Part shown: piece by piece, positions 29,736-42,508 of the stretch
How the letters are laid out: the number at the start of each line of letters is the position of its first letter
Numbering within the stretch: position 1 is the stretch's first letter
NCBI GenBank assembly: GCA_963843845.1
Contig: CAWJMB010000002.1
Location: 1,440,001-1,504,000 of the forward strand
From: an uncultured Gemmatimonadaceae bacterium
GTDB taxonomy: Bacteria > Gemmatimonadota > Gemmatimonadetes > Gemmatimonadales > Gemmatimonadaceae
Reading direction: 5' to 3'
DNA: 64,000 nucleotides
The notes under the pieces: model-generated
Seen by the model: only the letters and a program-made list of their open reading frames with translations
Told to the model about the DNA's origin: nothing
The model's database searches: none
Made by a program: the position numbers and the translations under genes

Positions 29736-31628
29736 TCAGTCGGCGTCGGCGCCGGCGTACAACTCGTCGATCACGTCCTTGTACGACGCGTCGATCACCC
29801 GCCGCTTCACCGACAGCTTCGGCGTCAGCTCGCCGCGCTCGATCGAGAACTCGTGCTCGAGCACCCCGATCTTCTTCGGCGTCTCGAAGCTCGCGAGCCC
29901 GGTCATCTGGCCTCGCGCCTCCTGCTCCAGCTTCTGCCGCACGGCGTCCGTGCGCAGCAGGGCGGTGCGCGACGCGTAGACGTGCCCCTGGCTCCGCGCC
30001 CACGTCTCGAGCGTCTCCCATTCCGGTACGACGAGCAGGATCGGGAATTTCCGCCGGTCGCCGATCATCACGGCCTGCGAGATGAACTTGCTCGTCTTCA
30101 CCGCGTTCTCGATCGGCTGCGGAGCGATGTTCTTGCCGCCGGCCGTCACGATGATGTCCTTCTTGCGGTCCGTGATGCGCAGGAAGCCATCCTCGAGCGC
30201 GCCGATGTCGCCCGTGTGAAACCACCCCTCGGCGTCGATCGCCTCCGCCGTCGCGTCGGGGTTGTTGTAGTAGCCCTTCATGACGTGCGGGCCCCGCGTG
30301 AGGATCTCGCCGTCGTCGGCGATCCTGACCTCGACGCCCGTCGATCGCGCTTGCCGACGGAGCCGATGCGGAACGCGTCGGGGCGATTCACCGTGATCAC
30401 CGGCGACGTCTCGGTGAGGCCGTACCCCTCGAGAATCGTGATCCCGGCGGCGAAGAAGAACTTGTTGATCTCCGCCGACAGCGGCGCGCCGCCGCTCACG
30501 AAGTAGCGCATGCGGCCGCCCGTGCGCTCCTTGAGCTTCGAGAAGACGAGCTTCTGCGCCAGGCCGTACTGCCACGCGAGCAGCCCGCCCGGCTCCCGCC
30601 CCGCGAGCTTCTCGTCGGCCCACCGATACGGCGACGCGCGCGCCCAGCTGAAGATGCGCCACTTCACGGCGCCGCCCGACTGCGCGTTCTCGAGCACGCG
30701 CGCGTACATCTTCTCGTACAGACGCGGAACGGACATCGCGAGCGTCGGTCGCACCCCTGGAGCGCCGCGGCCACGTCGTCGAGCGACGCGACGTACGCGA
30801 TCGTCGTGCCGGTCGAGAAGTACATGTAGTCGCCCATGCGCTCGAACACGTGCGACAGCGGAAGGAAGCTGAGCGCGATGTCCCTGCCCTCGAACGGAAT
30901 CGCACCGCGGCGCCGCCGCCACGTTCGAGTGGAAGTTGTCGTGCGTGAGCATCACCCCCTTCGGGTCGCCCGTCGTCCCCGACGTGTAGATCAGCGTCGC
31001 CAGATCGTCGGGCTGCACCGCGTCGGCCTCGGCGCGGTACGCTGCCTGCCGCTCCGGCGTGTCGAGCGCCGCGCCGCGAGCTTCGAGTTGCGCGAGCGTC
31101 ATGTCGCAGCCGTCGCTCGCCGTGGCCGCGAAGCCGATGACGTGCCTCACGCCGCGGCAGCGCGCGCGGATCGACGCGACCTTCTGCGCCTGCCCCGACG
31201 TCGACACGAACGCGACGACCGCGCCCGAGTCGTTGAGCAGGATACGGGAGCTGCTCGGCCGGCAACGTCGGATAGATCGGGACGTCCACGAAGCCGCGCC
31301 GTGAGGCACGCGTAGTCGGCGATCGCCCACTCCGGCCGGTTCTCCGAGAGGATCACGACACGATCGCCGCGTGCCACCCCGAGCTCCCCGAGCGCGAGCG
31401 CGACGTGCCGCACGCGGCGCTCGATCTCGCGGTGCGAGATCGACACGTACGCGCCGTCCACCTGATGCTGCAGCGCGTCGGGCCGATCGAACGCCGCGAC
31501 CGCACTCGAAGAACATCGTCGGTCAGCGTTCCCGGCGCCGGGCGCGGCCCGCCGCGCGCGTAGGAGGTGGACGACGGCGTCGGCGCGCCGGTGAGCGGAG
31601 TCGATGGGCGCGTGTCGTGAGCGAGCAT
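29736..31628 (-). CDS. Long-chain fatty acid-CoA ligase (AMP-binding), frameshifted
   Basis: YTSGTTGDPKG, EGYGLTE, WFHTGDIG, ITDRKKD, ELTPKL. Confidence 0.92.
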
Positions 31629-31702
31629 CGCGGCGTCGGGTGAGGGGAGGGAACACGGACCGCCGTCGCGCGGGCGATGGCTGAGACTGTCTCGTTGTTC
31701 GC

Positions 31703-32744
31703 CTACTGTGTGAAGCGTGTCAAGTACGGAGCGCGCCGGACGCGGAGACGCGTCGCCGCAGGGCGCCGGACGTCACGTACCCGCGTCAGCTGCACCCGGG
31801 TCCCGAGAACGCCGCCTGCCCTGGCAGCCCGCGGATGCGTCGCAGTCGCACGACGAAGCGCACGGAATCACGCACCAGCGTCGTCGGCGTCGTGCGGGCG
31901 GTGGCACGAACGAGGACGCTCGCCGTGTCGTTCACGAACAGCCGCCCGATCCCGTTCGGCACGACGCGCAGCAGCGCCGACGCGATGCCGGTCGACTCGG
32001 TCGTGTCGGTGTTCGTCGCGCGGTGTCGTTCGCGACGTCGCGCGTGATCGCGATGGCAGGGCGGCGCGCACCGCCACGAGCGTCGCCGTCGGGATCGACG
32101 TCGGCGACACGATGTCGAAGCGCACGTAGTAGCTCGGCACCGCGGCGCGGAGCGTGTCGACCGAGTCGGCGGTGAGGCGCACGGCGAGCGGGATCGCGTT
32201 GCCGAACAGCGACGTGTCGCCCGGCGCGACCGGAAAGCGGGTCCCCACGTTCGACCGTCCCCGAGTCGTTGCACGGCACCGCGAGGACGTGCAGGCTGTC
32301 GCCGTTCGTCGCCGCGCGCTCCAGCCGCGTCGGCCGCTTCACCACGGCGATCGTGTCGATGAACTGCAGCCGGTCGCCGAGCCGCGCGACGAGTCGGGCG
32401 CGCGAGGCGAGGGGCGTCGTGGTGCCTGACGCCGTCACCGCGCCGGTCAGCGAATCGACCGTCACCGGCGCGCGCTGCTCGGCCGCCGTCGTGTCGCGCG
32501 GGAGCGGGAGCGCCGTGAAGCGGAACGCGGCGTCGGGCACCGTGTCGCCGTCGGCGTCGAACGCGACGGCGCGCAGCCGCACCACGGCGCCCGTGGAGTC
32601 GCGCAGCTGATCGCCGACGATCACCGACGGCGGTACCGGGGCGAGCCGGATCGCCGTGACGCCTCCCGGCCCGGCGGCGATCTCGACGCACGCCGCGACG
32701 ACGCAGCGTCCCGCCGAGAACCGCGAGGCGCGCTGCGCGTTCAC
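31703..32744 (-). CDS. Hypothetical lipoprotein with Ig-like beta domains, frameshifted
   Basis: Lipobox VAAC, Thr/Val-rich beta pattern; GTGA overlap with parA; 3' end inferred. Confidence 0.55.
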
Positions 32745-33507
32745 TTGAACCGCTCCGCGAGGAGCGTCGCGAGATTCACGTACGCCTGGCTCGCCGCGTC
32801 ACCCGGGTCGCGGACCACGACCGGCTGGCCGGCGGCGAACGCGTCGGCGGCGGCGGCGCTGCGCGGAATGACGAGATCGAAGACCATGTTGTGCGGCAGA
32901 TGGCGACGGACGTACTGCACCGTGCGCTCGGCGGCGGGATTGCCGGCCTCGAACATCGTCAGCAGGATCCCGTCGAGCGTCAGCTCGTCGTTCGTGCGGA
33001 CGACGTCCTGGATGCCGCGCAGGATCTGCGGCGTGGTCTGCAGCGCGAGCGGCTCCGCCTGCAGCGGCACGATGACGTGCTGGCTCGCCTCGAGCACGCG
33101 GCGCGTGATCGGCCCGAGTCCCGGCGGCGTGTCGACGATGACGATGTGCGCTCGCTCGCGCGCCATCGTCAGCAGCTCGTGCAGCACGGTGGTCTCGGCG
33201 ACGAGCTGCTGATAGAAGCCGTGATCCGCCTCGTCGCTCACCGTGCCGGCGAGGATCACCCGCAGCCAGGGCAGCGACGTCGGCAGGATCACGTCGCGCA
33301 GCGTGCGCGCGCCCGTGAGGTAGTCGGCGAAGCCACCGTCTCGTGCCCGCGGCGGAGCCCCGCGCCGTAGCGCACCGATCCCTGCGGGTCGACGTCGACG
33401 AGCAGCGTCTTGAGCCCGCGGCGCGCGAACGCCGCGGCGAGGTTCACCGCCGTCGTCGTCTTGCCGACGCCACCCTTCTGGCTGACGATCGCGAGAACGT
33501 GTCCCAC
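32741..33507 (-). CDS. ParA/Soj-family ATPase (frameshifted)
   Basis: Deviant Walker [32 protein letters not shown]. Confidence 0.9.
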
Positions 33508-33544
33508 GCGCTCCGCGCCGCTACCGCGTCCGCCGCGGCGCGCC

Positions 33545-34054
33545 TCACGCACGCGGACGCTCCGGCGGCCACCCGGCCGAGTCCTCGGCGTCGGCGGCGG
33601 CGTCGCGCAGCTGTGCGAGCGTGCTCGAGGCGTGCTCGACCCACCGCTGCGTGTCCGGCGACTGCGGCGTCGTGCGTCGAGGAACTGCTCGAGGTGGCGT
33701 GTCGCTTCCATGCGGTCGCCGCGCTTGAGCAGCAGGAACGCGAGGCCGTAGTGCGCGCCGGACAGCGACGGGTCGACGCTCGAGCGCGCGCCGATAGCAG
33801 CGGATCGCTTCCTCGTGCTGCCCGAGCTTGCTGTACGCGATCGCCATGTTCTGCAGGACGCGCTGGTCGTTCGGCTGGTCGCGCAGCGCGAGCCGGTACG
33901 ACGTGAGCGCCGCGTCGTAGTCTCCCTGCCGCTCGAGCGCCAGCGCTTCCGCCAGGTAGTCGACGGTGCGACCGCCCTTGCGGTCGGGGGCGCGCCGGTC
34001 GGGAGTCGGCTCGGGCTCATTCTTCCCGCCCGTGAGGCGGCTCCACCAGGACAT
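33545..34054 (-). CDS. TPR protein (frameshifted)
   Basis: [46 protein letters not shown]. Confidence 0.85.
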   Translation of the reverse strand: MSWWSRLTGGKNEPEPTPDRRAPDRKGGRTVDYLAEALALERQGDYDAALTSYRLALRDQPNDQRVLQNMAIAYSKLGQHEEAIRCYRRALERRPVAVRRALRPRVPAAQARRPHGSDTPPRAVPRRTTPQSPDTQRWVEHASSTLAQLRDAAADAEDSAGWPPERPRA

Positions 34055-34232
34055 GCGATCGAGTGCGCGAGAGAGGCAGGGGCCCGCGCCGCGGCGACGG
34101 CGTCGTCGCTGGCCGGGGCGCTCCCGAAGGGGTCCAAGCTATCCGCTGCCGGCGGGTGCTACAACCCGAACGGCGCCCGCATCGGGTTCCGCTCGGTGGT
34201 CGCGTGCGGCCCGCGTCACTACGTTCTCCCGC

Positions 34233-34754
34233 ATGTCGCCACGCCAACAGACCGTCGATCCCGCGAAGGGCATTTTCGTCGTCGAGTGGCCGCTGTTCGG
34301 CGAGCTGTCGCGCGCCCTGGCGCTGAAAGTCGCGCGCGCCTACGACCCTGAGATCGTCGTCGGCGTCGCGACGGCCGGGGTCGTCCCCGGCGCCGTCGTC
34401 GCGGCGATCCTCGACCGACCGTTCGTCGCCATCACCGTGAGTCGCCGCTATCGCGCCGAGACCGTGCGGCAGACGCCGGCCGTCATCGGGGCCGCGCCGG
34501 CCGAGGTCCGCGGTCGGCGCGCGCTCATCGTCGACGAGACCTGCGACTCGGGCGACACGATGCGGCTCGCCGTGAGCGCGCTCGTGAACGCTGGCGCCGC
34601 CGCGGTGCGCACCGCCGTGAGCTTCCGCACCGGGAGCTACGAGCCCGACTTCCACGCCCTCGCGACCGAGAGCACGATCGTGCTGCCCTGGGACCGCGAG
34701 GTGCTCGTGCGCGGCGAGCTCGTTCCGAACCCGACCTACGACGGGATGCTCTGA
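34233..34754 (+). CDS. Type I phosphoribosyltransferase
   Basis: PRPP loop ALIVDETCDSGDT, IVLPWD. Confidence 0.85.
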   Translation: MSPRQQTVDPAKGIFVVEWPLFGELSRALALKVARAYDPEIVVGVATAGVVPGAVVAAILDRPFVAITVSRRYRAETVRQTPAVIGAAPAEVRGRRALIVDETCDSGDTMRLAVSALVNAGAAAVRTAVSFRTGSYEPDFHALATESTIVLPWDREVLVRGELVPNPTYDGML

Positions 34755-34793
34755 CCCGACCGGCGGACCCGAACGCCTGTGCGGGACGGCACC

Positions 34794-35318
34794 TCAGCCC
34801 GCGCCCATCTCCTCCCACAGGCGGTCGAGCACCCCCCGACTGCCGATCGCGAATTCGCACCCCGGCGCGCCCGCGCCGCGGCAGCCGAGCTCGAGCACCG
34901 CGAGCGGCTCGCGCGCCGCACGGCCGAAGAAGCCCGCCAGCATCCCCGTCGAGTAGTGGCACGACGCGAACGCCTCGCCGTGCACCCCGTCCGCCTCGAC
35001 CCAATCGCCGGACGTGAGACGGAGCACGGCGTCGTCCTGCCGCGCCCCGACCCGCGCCGTCCCCCACCCGCACGAGTCGAGGTACGCACCGAGCGCCGCG
35101 GCGAACGTCGGCAGCGCCAGCGCGTCGGGCTCCGTCCCGTGCTCCTCGCGCACCTCGGCGGCGAAGTCGGCGTAGAGTGCGACCCCGGCGACGTACCCCG
35201 CGTCGCGCAGCCGCGCCGCGCCGTCGGGGGTGCCGAGCAGCGCGTCACGCAGCGCATGGAGCGCCGCCGCCGGGATCGTCACCATGCGCGCGCTGAGCAC
35301 CCTGTTCGGTGCCGTCAT
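34794..35318 (-). CDS. V4R-domain protein
   Basis: GWG, SCHYSTGMLAGFF, ELGCRGAGAPGCEF; ATGA overlap with the ligA stop. Confidence 0.82.
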   Translation of the reverse strand: MTAPNRVLSARMVTIPAAALHALRDALLGTPDGAARLRDAGYVAGVALYADFAAEVREEHGTEPDALALPTFAAALGAYLDSCGWGTARVGARQDDAVLRLTSGDWVEADGVHGEAFASCHYSTGMLAGFFGRAAREPLAVLELGCRGAGAPGCEFAIGSRGVLDRLWEEMGAG

Positions 35319-37372
35319 GCGTCGCCGACGCGGCGCCGAAGCTCCGCCTCGTCGATGACCGTCACGCCGTACTCCTGCGCCTTCGCGAGCTTGCTCCCCG
35401 CGTCGGTGCCGGCGACCACGAAGCTCGTCTTGCGAGACACGCCGCTCGTCACGCGCCCGCCGTGTGCCTCGACGAGCGCCGACGCCTGCTCGCGCGACAG
35501 CGTCGGCAACGTGCCGGTGATGACGACCGTGAGACCCCGGAGCGCGGTGCCCGCGGCCGCCGTCGGCTCGTGCATCGTGAGGCCGAGCGCGGCGAGCCGC
35601 GTCACGAGATCGAGCGCGGCGGGGTCGCCGAACCACTTCACGACGGAGCGCGCGATCACCTCGCCGACTCCCCGCACGGCGAGCACGTCGTCCTCCGCCG
35701 CCCCGGCAAGCGCCCGCATCGTGCCGAAATGACGTGCGAGGAGCCGCGCGGCGATCTCACCGACATGGTCGATGCCTAACGCGAACAGCAGGCGCGCGAG
35801 CGGCTGCGCTTTCGAGTCGCCGATCGCCTGGACGAGCGACTCGGCGCTCTTGTCGGCGAAGCGATCGAGCGCGACGATCTGCGCGGCCGTGAGCGTGTAC
35901 AGGTCAGCCGGGTCGCGCACGAGGCCCGCGTTCACGAGCTGCTCCACGCGCGCGTACGAGAGGCCGCGGATGTCCATCGCGCTCCGCGACGCGTAGTGCA
36001 CGAGTCCCTCGAGCTGCCGCGCGCGGCAGGTGAAGTTCGGGCAGTAGAGCATGCCGCGATCGTCGCCCGCGACGAGCGTCGTTCCGCACGACGGACAGTG
36101 CGTCGGCGGCGCGTACGGCGCGGGCGGCGCTGTGGCATCGCGCCGTTCCGGTACGGGACCGATGACCTGTGGAATCACCTCCCCGGCCCGCTTCACCTGC
36201 ACCACGTCGCCGACGCGCAGATCCTTGTCGCGGATCAGCTCGAAGTTGTGCAGCGTCGCGAGCCGGACGACGGCGCCGCCGATCTCGACGGCCTCGAGCA
36301 CGGCGAACGGATTCACGCTCCCCGTGCGCCCGATGTTGACCTGGATGTCGAGCAGCGCCGTCTCCGCGATGTCCGGCGCGAACTTGCGCGCGATCGCCCA
36401 CCGCGGCTCGCGCCCGACGTCGCCCAGCTCCCGCTGCAGCGCCAGCGAATCCACCTTCACGACGGCGCCGTCGATCGCGAAGTCCAGGGCGGCGCGCTGC
36501 ACGCGCTCGACGTCCGTCGCCCACCGATGCACGTCGCCCAACGTGTCGCAGCGGCGGCGGTGCGGCGCCACCGGGATCCCCCACGCCGCGAGCGCGTCGA
36601 GCAACTCGGTCTGCGTCGCGAACGGCAACGCCGATCCGTCCGGCACCGCCACGGCATAACCGAAGAATCGGAGCGGCCGCCGCGCCGTCAGCTTCGGGTC
36701 GAGCTGCCGCAGCGCGCCCGCCGACGAGTTGCGCGGGTTCGCGAACACCGGCTCGCCCGCGGCGACGCGCTCTGCGTTCATCCGCTCGAAGCCGCTGTAC
36801 GTCATGTACACTTCGCCGCGGATCTCCACCGTGCCGTGCGGTACCGGGCGCGCGTCGCTCCGCAGGCGCAGGGGGATCTCGCGGATCGTGCGGAGGTTCG
36901 GCGTCACGTCCTCGCCGACCGTGCCGTTGCCGCGCGTCGCGCCCGCGACGAACACGCCGTCACGATACGTCAGACTGACCGCCGCGCCGTCGATCTTGAG
37001 CTCGGCGGAGTAGCCGGCGGCGCGCGCCTCGTTCCCCGCGAGACGAACGATGCGCTCCTCCCAGCCCGCCAGCTCGTCCTCGTTGAACGCGTTGCCCAAC
37101 GACAGCATCGGCACGAGGTGCGTATGCTTCGGAAGGCTCGACTGCGGCTCGGCACCGACGCGCAGCGTCGGCGAGTCGGCGGTGCGAAGCTGCGGGTGGT
37201 CGCGCTCGAGCGCCTGCAGCTCGCGGAAGCGCAGGTCGTATTCCCGGTCGGCGAGCGTCGGCCGGTCGAGCACGTAGTACTCGTACGACGCCTGCTCGAG
37301 CTCCTGACGCAGCGTCGCCGCACGGGCCGAGAGCTCCGCCAGGTCGTCGGCCGAGGAAGGGGTGGAAGGCAT
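35315..37372 (-). CDS. ligA: NAD-dependent DNA ligase
   Basis: YYVLDRP, ELKIDG, TRGNG, NPRN, C4 zinc finger, BRCT. Confidence 0.98.
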   Translation of the reverse strand: MPSTPSSADDLAELSARAATLRQELEQASYEYYVLDRPTLADREYDLRFRELQALERDHPQLRTADSPTLRVGAEPQSSLPKHTHLVPMLSLGNAFNEDELAGWEERIVRLAGNEARAAGYSAELKIDGAAVSLTYRDGVFVAGATRGNGTVGEDVTPNLRTIREIPLRLRSDARPVPHGTVEIRGEVYMTYSGFERMNAERVAAGEPVFANPRNSSAGALRQLDPKLTARRPLRFFGYAVAVPDGSALPFATQTELLDALAAWGIPVAPHRRRCDTLGDVHRWATDVERVQRAALDFAIDGAVVKVDSLALQRELGDVGREPRWAIARKFAPDIAETALLDIQVNIGRTGSVNPFAVLEAVEIGGAVVRLATLHNFELIRDKDLRVGDVVQVKRAGEVIPQVIGPVPERRDATAPPAPYAPPTHCPSCGTTLVAGDDRGMLYCPNFTCRARQLEGLVHYASRSAMDIRGLSYARVEQLVNAGLVRDPADLYTLTAAQIVALDRFADKSAESLVQAIGDSKAQPLARLLFALGIDHVGEIAARLLARHFGTMRALAGAAEDDVLAVRGVGEVIARSVVKWFGDPAALDLVTRLAALGLTMHEPTAAAGTALRGLTVVITGTLPTLSREQASALVEAHGGRVTSGVSRKTSFVVAGTDAGSKLAKAQEYGVTVIDEAELRRRVGDA

Positions 37373-37383
37373 GGCGGAAAATA

Positions 37384-38321
37384 CTACGCCTCGCCCGTGT
37401 CGCCCTCCACGCTTCCGTTGAACACCTCGACGCGGTTGCGCCCACCTCCCTTCGCCGCGTAGAGCGCGTCGTCCGCCGCTTTCACGAGCGACTCGAGGCC
37501 GCGGATCGCCGGATGCGGCCACGCCGCGACGCCCGCGCTGACCGTGCGCCGCAGCGTGCCGCCCGCATAGGTGAACTCGCGCGCCTCGACCGCTGCGCGC
37601 ACTCGCTCGGCGAACGCCGCCGCGTCCTCCATGTTCGCCGACGGCAGCAGCACGATGAACTCCTCGCCGCCGTAGCGGCCGACGCGATCGATCTCGCGGG
37701 CCGTCTCCCGGAGAATCTCGGCGACCTGCTTGAGCACGGCGTCACCCGCCTGATGCCCGTGGGTGTCGTTCACGCTCTTGAAGTGGTCGACGTCGCACAT
37801 CACGCAGCCTAACGGTTCGGCGAGCCGCGTCGCGTGCTCGTACATCTCGACGAGCCGCTCCTCGATGTGGCGCCGGTTGTCGAGCCCCGTGAGCCCGTCG
37901 GTCTGCGAGGCCTTCAGCAGCGCGTGATTCGCGTTCTCCAGCTCGGTCTGCAGCTCCTTGATGCGGAGCAGCGACTTCACCCGCGCCTCGAGCTCCTTGA
38001 AGTTCAGCGGCTTCGTGATGTAGTCGTCCGCGCCGGCGTCGAGCCCCTCGACCTTGTCCTCGGTGGTCTCGAGCGCCGTCTGCATGATGATCGGGATGAA
38101 CGGCAGCGACTCGTTCGACTTGATGCGGCGCGCCACCTCCATCCCGTCCATCCGCGGCATCATCACGTCGAGCAGGATGAGGTCGGGGGACTCGCGAAGA
38201 CTTTGTCGAGCGCCTCCTGCCCGTCCATCGCGGCCTCGACCTCGTAGCCGCGCGCCTCGAGCCGGGCGCGCAGCAACTCGATGTTGTCTTCGTGATCGTC
38301 TACGACGAGAATCCGGGTCAT
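37384..38321 (-). CDS. Receiver-GGDEF diguanylate cyclase (PleD/WspR-like), one frameshift
   Basis: ILVVDD, LLDVMMP, YITKP, DVDHFKSVNDTHGH, I-site REID, GGEEF. Confidence 0.92.
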
Positions 38322-38345
38322 GCCGATGTCGTCACGGACACGCCC

Positions 38346-38744
38346 TCACGACGGCGCCGCGACGTTCCCTTTGCCCAGGAACCGCTGCACCTCGGCGACC
38401 ACGGCGCGCGGCTCGCACGGTTTCGCGAGATACCCGTCGCAGCCGACTTCCATCGCTTTCTCGCGGTCCGACGCGAGTGCGTGCGCCGTCAGCGCGATGA
38501 TCGGGATCGCACTGGTCGCCGGGTCGTGCTTCAGCACCTGCGTCGCCTCCCAGCCGTCGATGATCGGGATCGAGATGTCCATGAGGATCAGGTCCGGTTT
38601 CTCGGACCTCGCCTTCGCGATCCCTTCCTCGCCGTTCAACGCCTCGGTCACGCTGTACCCGAAGTGGCGGAGGATGGTGGAATAGACGATGCGGTTGTCC
38701 TCATTGTCTTCCACGAGAAGCACGGTCTTGCCGTTCTCGCTCAT
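38346..38744 (-). CDS. Single-domain response regulator, DivK-like
   Basis: LLVEDNEDN, LILMDISIP, IIALTAHA, GCDGYLAKP. Confidence 0.9.
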   Translation of the reverse strand: MSENGKTVLLVEDNEDNRIVYSTILRHFGYSVTEALNGEEGIAKARSEKPDLILMDISIPIIDGWEATQVLKHDPATSAIPIIALTAHALASDREKAMEVGCDGYLAKPCEPRAVVAEVQRFLGKGNVAAPS

Positions 38745-38920
38745 GACGCTCCTCGGAGCCGGGCGGGATGGTGTGGTAGGATCGAGACGCCGTCGCACTG
38801 AAGCTGCGCGACGGCCTTCTCTGCGGAGTCGCAAGTTCCTTACCAGCGTCGTCCGTCGATCTGACGGACCGCGCCACCGTCACCAGCACCGACTTCCATC
38901 TGCGAACGAGGCACGTATCC

Positions 38921-39409
38921 ATGACTACCCCGTACGGACCGACGAGCGGCGCGGCACGCGCCGCCACCGAGCGCCCCGGTGCCCGCCCGAACGGCCGCTT
39001 CACGCTGCGCCGCGGCGCGTTCGGCTCGTCGCGTCACGGTCCTGATGCCACCGTCACACCGGGAGGCGAGGACGAGCACCCGTCGTCGATCGAGAGCGGC
39101 CACGTGGACGAGGACGGCACCGACTGGCGCGCGGTCGGCGTCTTCGGTGCGGGGCTCTTCCTCGGCGCGATGATCGGCGCGAGCACGGCGCTGCTCCTCG
39201 CCCCGGCGAGCGGCTTCGAGACCCGCACCCGGCTCGCCCTCGGCGCCCGCCGAGCCGGCGAGCGCGTCGCCGACGGATGGGACGACGCAGGGAGCCGCGT
39301 CCGGCGGAGCGCCGCGCGCAGCCGCCGGAAGCTCGAGCGCAAGCTGGTGATGGCGCGCTGGCGGGCCCGCGACGCGTGGGAGCGCAAGCGCTACGGCGCC
39401 GACGCGTGA
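38921..39409 (+). CDS. YtxH-like membrane protein
   Basis: FLGAMIGASTALLLAPASGFETR. Confidence 0.75.
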   Translation: MTTPYGPTSGAARAATERPGARPNGRFTLRRGAFGSSRHGPDATVTPGGEDEHPSSIESGHVDEDGTDWRAVGVFGAGLFLGAMIGASTALLLAPASGFETRTRLALGARRAGERVADGWDDAGSRVRRSAARSRRKLERKLVMARWRARDAWERKRYGADA

Positions 39410-39455
39410 TCGTGCCGCGGTCGGCGTGCCGCGCGCTTCGCGGCCGACGGCGCGC

Positions 39456-40222
39456 TCAGCGCGCCTTCGGCCGCAGCGCCTCCGCCTGCCGCTTGAACTT
39501 CACGTCGGTCGCCTCGGCCGCCGGGATGCGCGCGATCGCGTCGAGCTGCTCGCGCGCCTTTCCCTTGTTACCGCGGTCGAGGTAGACCTCGGCGAGATCG
39601 ATCCGGTGCGCGATCCGCGTCGGCGCGATCGCCACCGCCTCCTCGAGGTTGCGCTGCGCGTCGTTCCAGCTCGCCTGGTCGAACACCTTGCCGCCGAGGA
39701 AATTCTTCGCGGCGAAGCGAGTGATCGCCGCTCAGCCGCATGACCTCGGCGTTCCACATCCCCATGATGTGCAGCGCACCGTCGTGCTTCGGGTTCAGCT
39801 TCAGCGCCTCGAGGGCGTGCGAGCGCACGTCGGCGGCGAACTTCACGCGGTCGCGCGATCCCATCGTCTGTGCGTTCCGGCCGAGCGCGCGCGCCAGCTC
39901 GAAGTGCCCCTCGGCGTCGTTCGCGTTCACCTGCACGGCGCGCTTCGCATAGTCCTCGGCGCGCTTGTAGAGCGCGCGGCCGGCCTGCACGTCCGGAGTG
40001 ACCTGTCCGGCCTCGACGGCCGCGCCAGCCGCCTTGTACAGCGCCGCGTAATTGCTCGGCTCCGCCACCAACGCCGCCTCGTAGTGGCGGAGCGCGCCGT
40101 TCGGATCCATCCGCTCCCTGTCTCCGATCGCGATGTGCTCGGCGGGGGACTGCGCGAAGGCGAGCGGCGCGACGAGCGAGAGGCGAGCGACAGGCAGAGC
40201 GGCGAGGCGCGACGGAGGTCAT
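39456..40222 (-). CDS. Exported TPR-like helical repeat protein, frameshifted
   Basis: Signal-like N-terminus; YAKRAVQVNANDAEGHFELARALG, ALKLNPKHDGALH. Confidence 0.7.
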
Positions 40223-40313
40223 CGGCAGGACTCCCGAGGAGAGCGAGGGGTATGGGCCGGTGCGACAGGACCGACTACCATCGGCGGTCACGCCCGTCTC
40301 ACCAGTCCGGTCA

Positions 40314-41655
<1,342 letters not shown>

Positions 41656-41727
41656 CGGCGGGCGGCGCCGACGTTGCATTCTGTTCCGGTCGGCGATCAC
41701 TACTCTCTCGCTCTCGAAACGTCTCTC

Positions 41728-42003
41728 ATGCCGTCTGCCCGTCTTTCCCCGAAGATCGCGCGGTTTTTCGGTCTCCAGATGCTGCTCGTCATCGGCGGGC
41801 TCGTCGTGCTGTGGGCCGTGCTGCTCTGGTTCACGCGCCCGAACGGACCCGGCACGACCGGCGGGATCGACGGCACGAACGTGACGATCACTTGGATCGC
41901 CTTCACCGCGATCTTCGCCGCGCTCGGCGCCATCCACGCCATCTTCGCGCGGCAGCTCTTCGGCGAGGCGAAGGGGACGCGGCGCGGGATCGCGAGCTGG
42001 TAG
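41728..42003 (+). CDS. Small two-TM membrane protein
   Basis: Two hydrophobic segments around the loop PNGPGTTGGID. Confidence 0.6.
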   Translation: MPSARLSPKIARFFGLQMLLVIGGLVVLWAVLLWFTRPNGPGTTGGIDGTNVTITWIAFTAIFAALGAIHAIFARQLFGEAKGTRRGIASW

Positions 42004-42007
42004 CCGC

Positions 42008-42501
42008 GTGACGTCGAGCGGTGGCGCGTGGGTCACGGCGACGAACGGCGGCCCCGGGTACGCGACCGAGATCGCGGCGGGGGGCACCGCGTCGTCGTCG
42101 ATGAGCCGCTCGCCGTCGGCGGGAGCGACACGGGGCCGACGCCCTACGATCTGCTGCTCGCCTCGATCGGTGCGTGCACCGCGATCACGGTGCGGATGTA
42201 CGCGCGGCGCAAAGGGTGGCCACTCGAGAATGTCGTCGTGCGGCTCCGCACGGCGTCGAAGCACGCCGCGGATTGCGACGAGTGCGTCGACCACTCGGTC
42301 GGGCTCCATGGCCTCGAGCACGATGTCACGTTCGAGGGCGAGCTCACGGACGAACAGCGTACCCGGCTGCGCTACATCGCAGGGCGCTGCCCGGTGAAGC
42401 AGATCCTGCTGGCGAGCGTGGAGCTGCGCGACGCCCTCTCGCCGTCGTCGGTGCCGTCCACGCCGACCACGACAGAAACCGCGGGCGAGGTGGCCCCGTA
42501 A
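42008..42501 (+). CDS. OsmC/YhfA-family protein (one frameshift)
   Basis: DEP...GPTPYDLLLASIGACT, YARRKGW, RCPV. Confidence 0.88.
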
Positions 42502-42508
42502 GAGCGCC

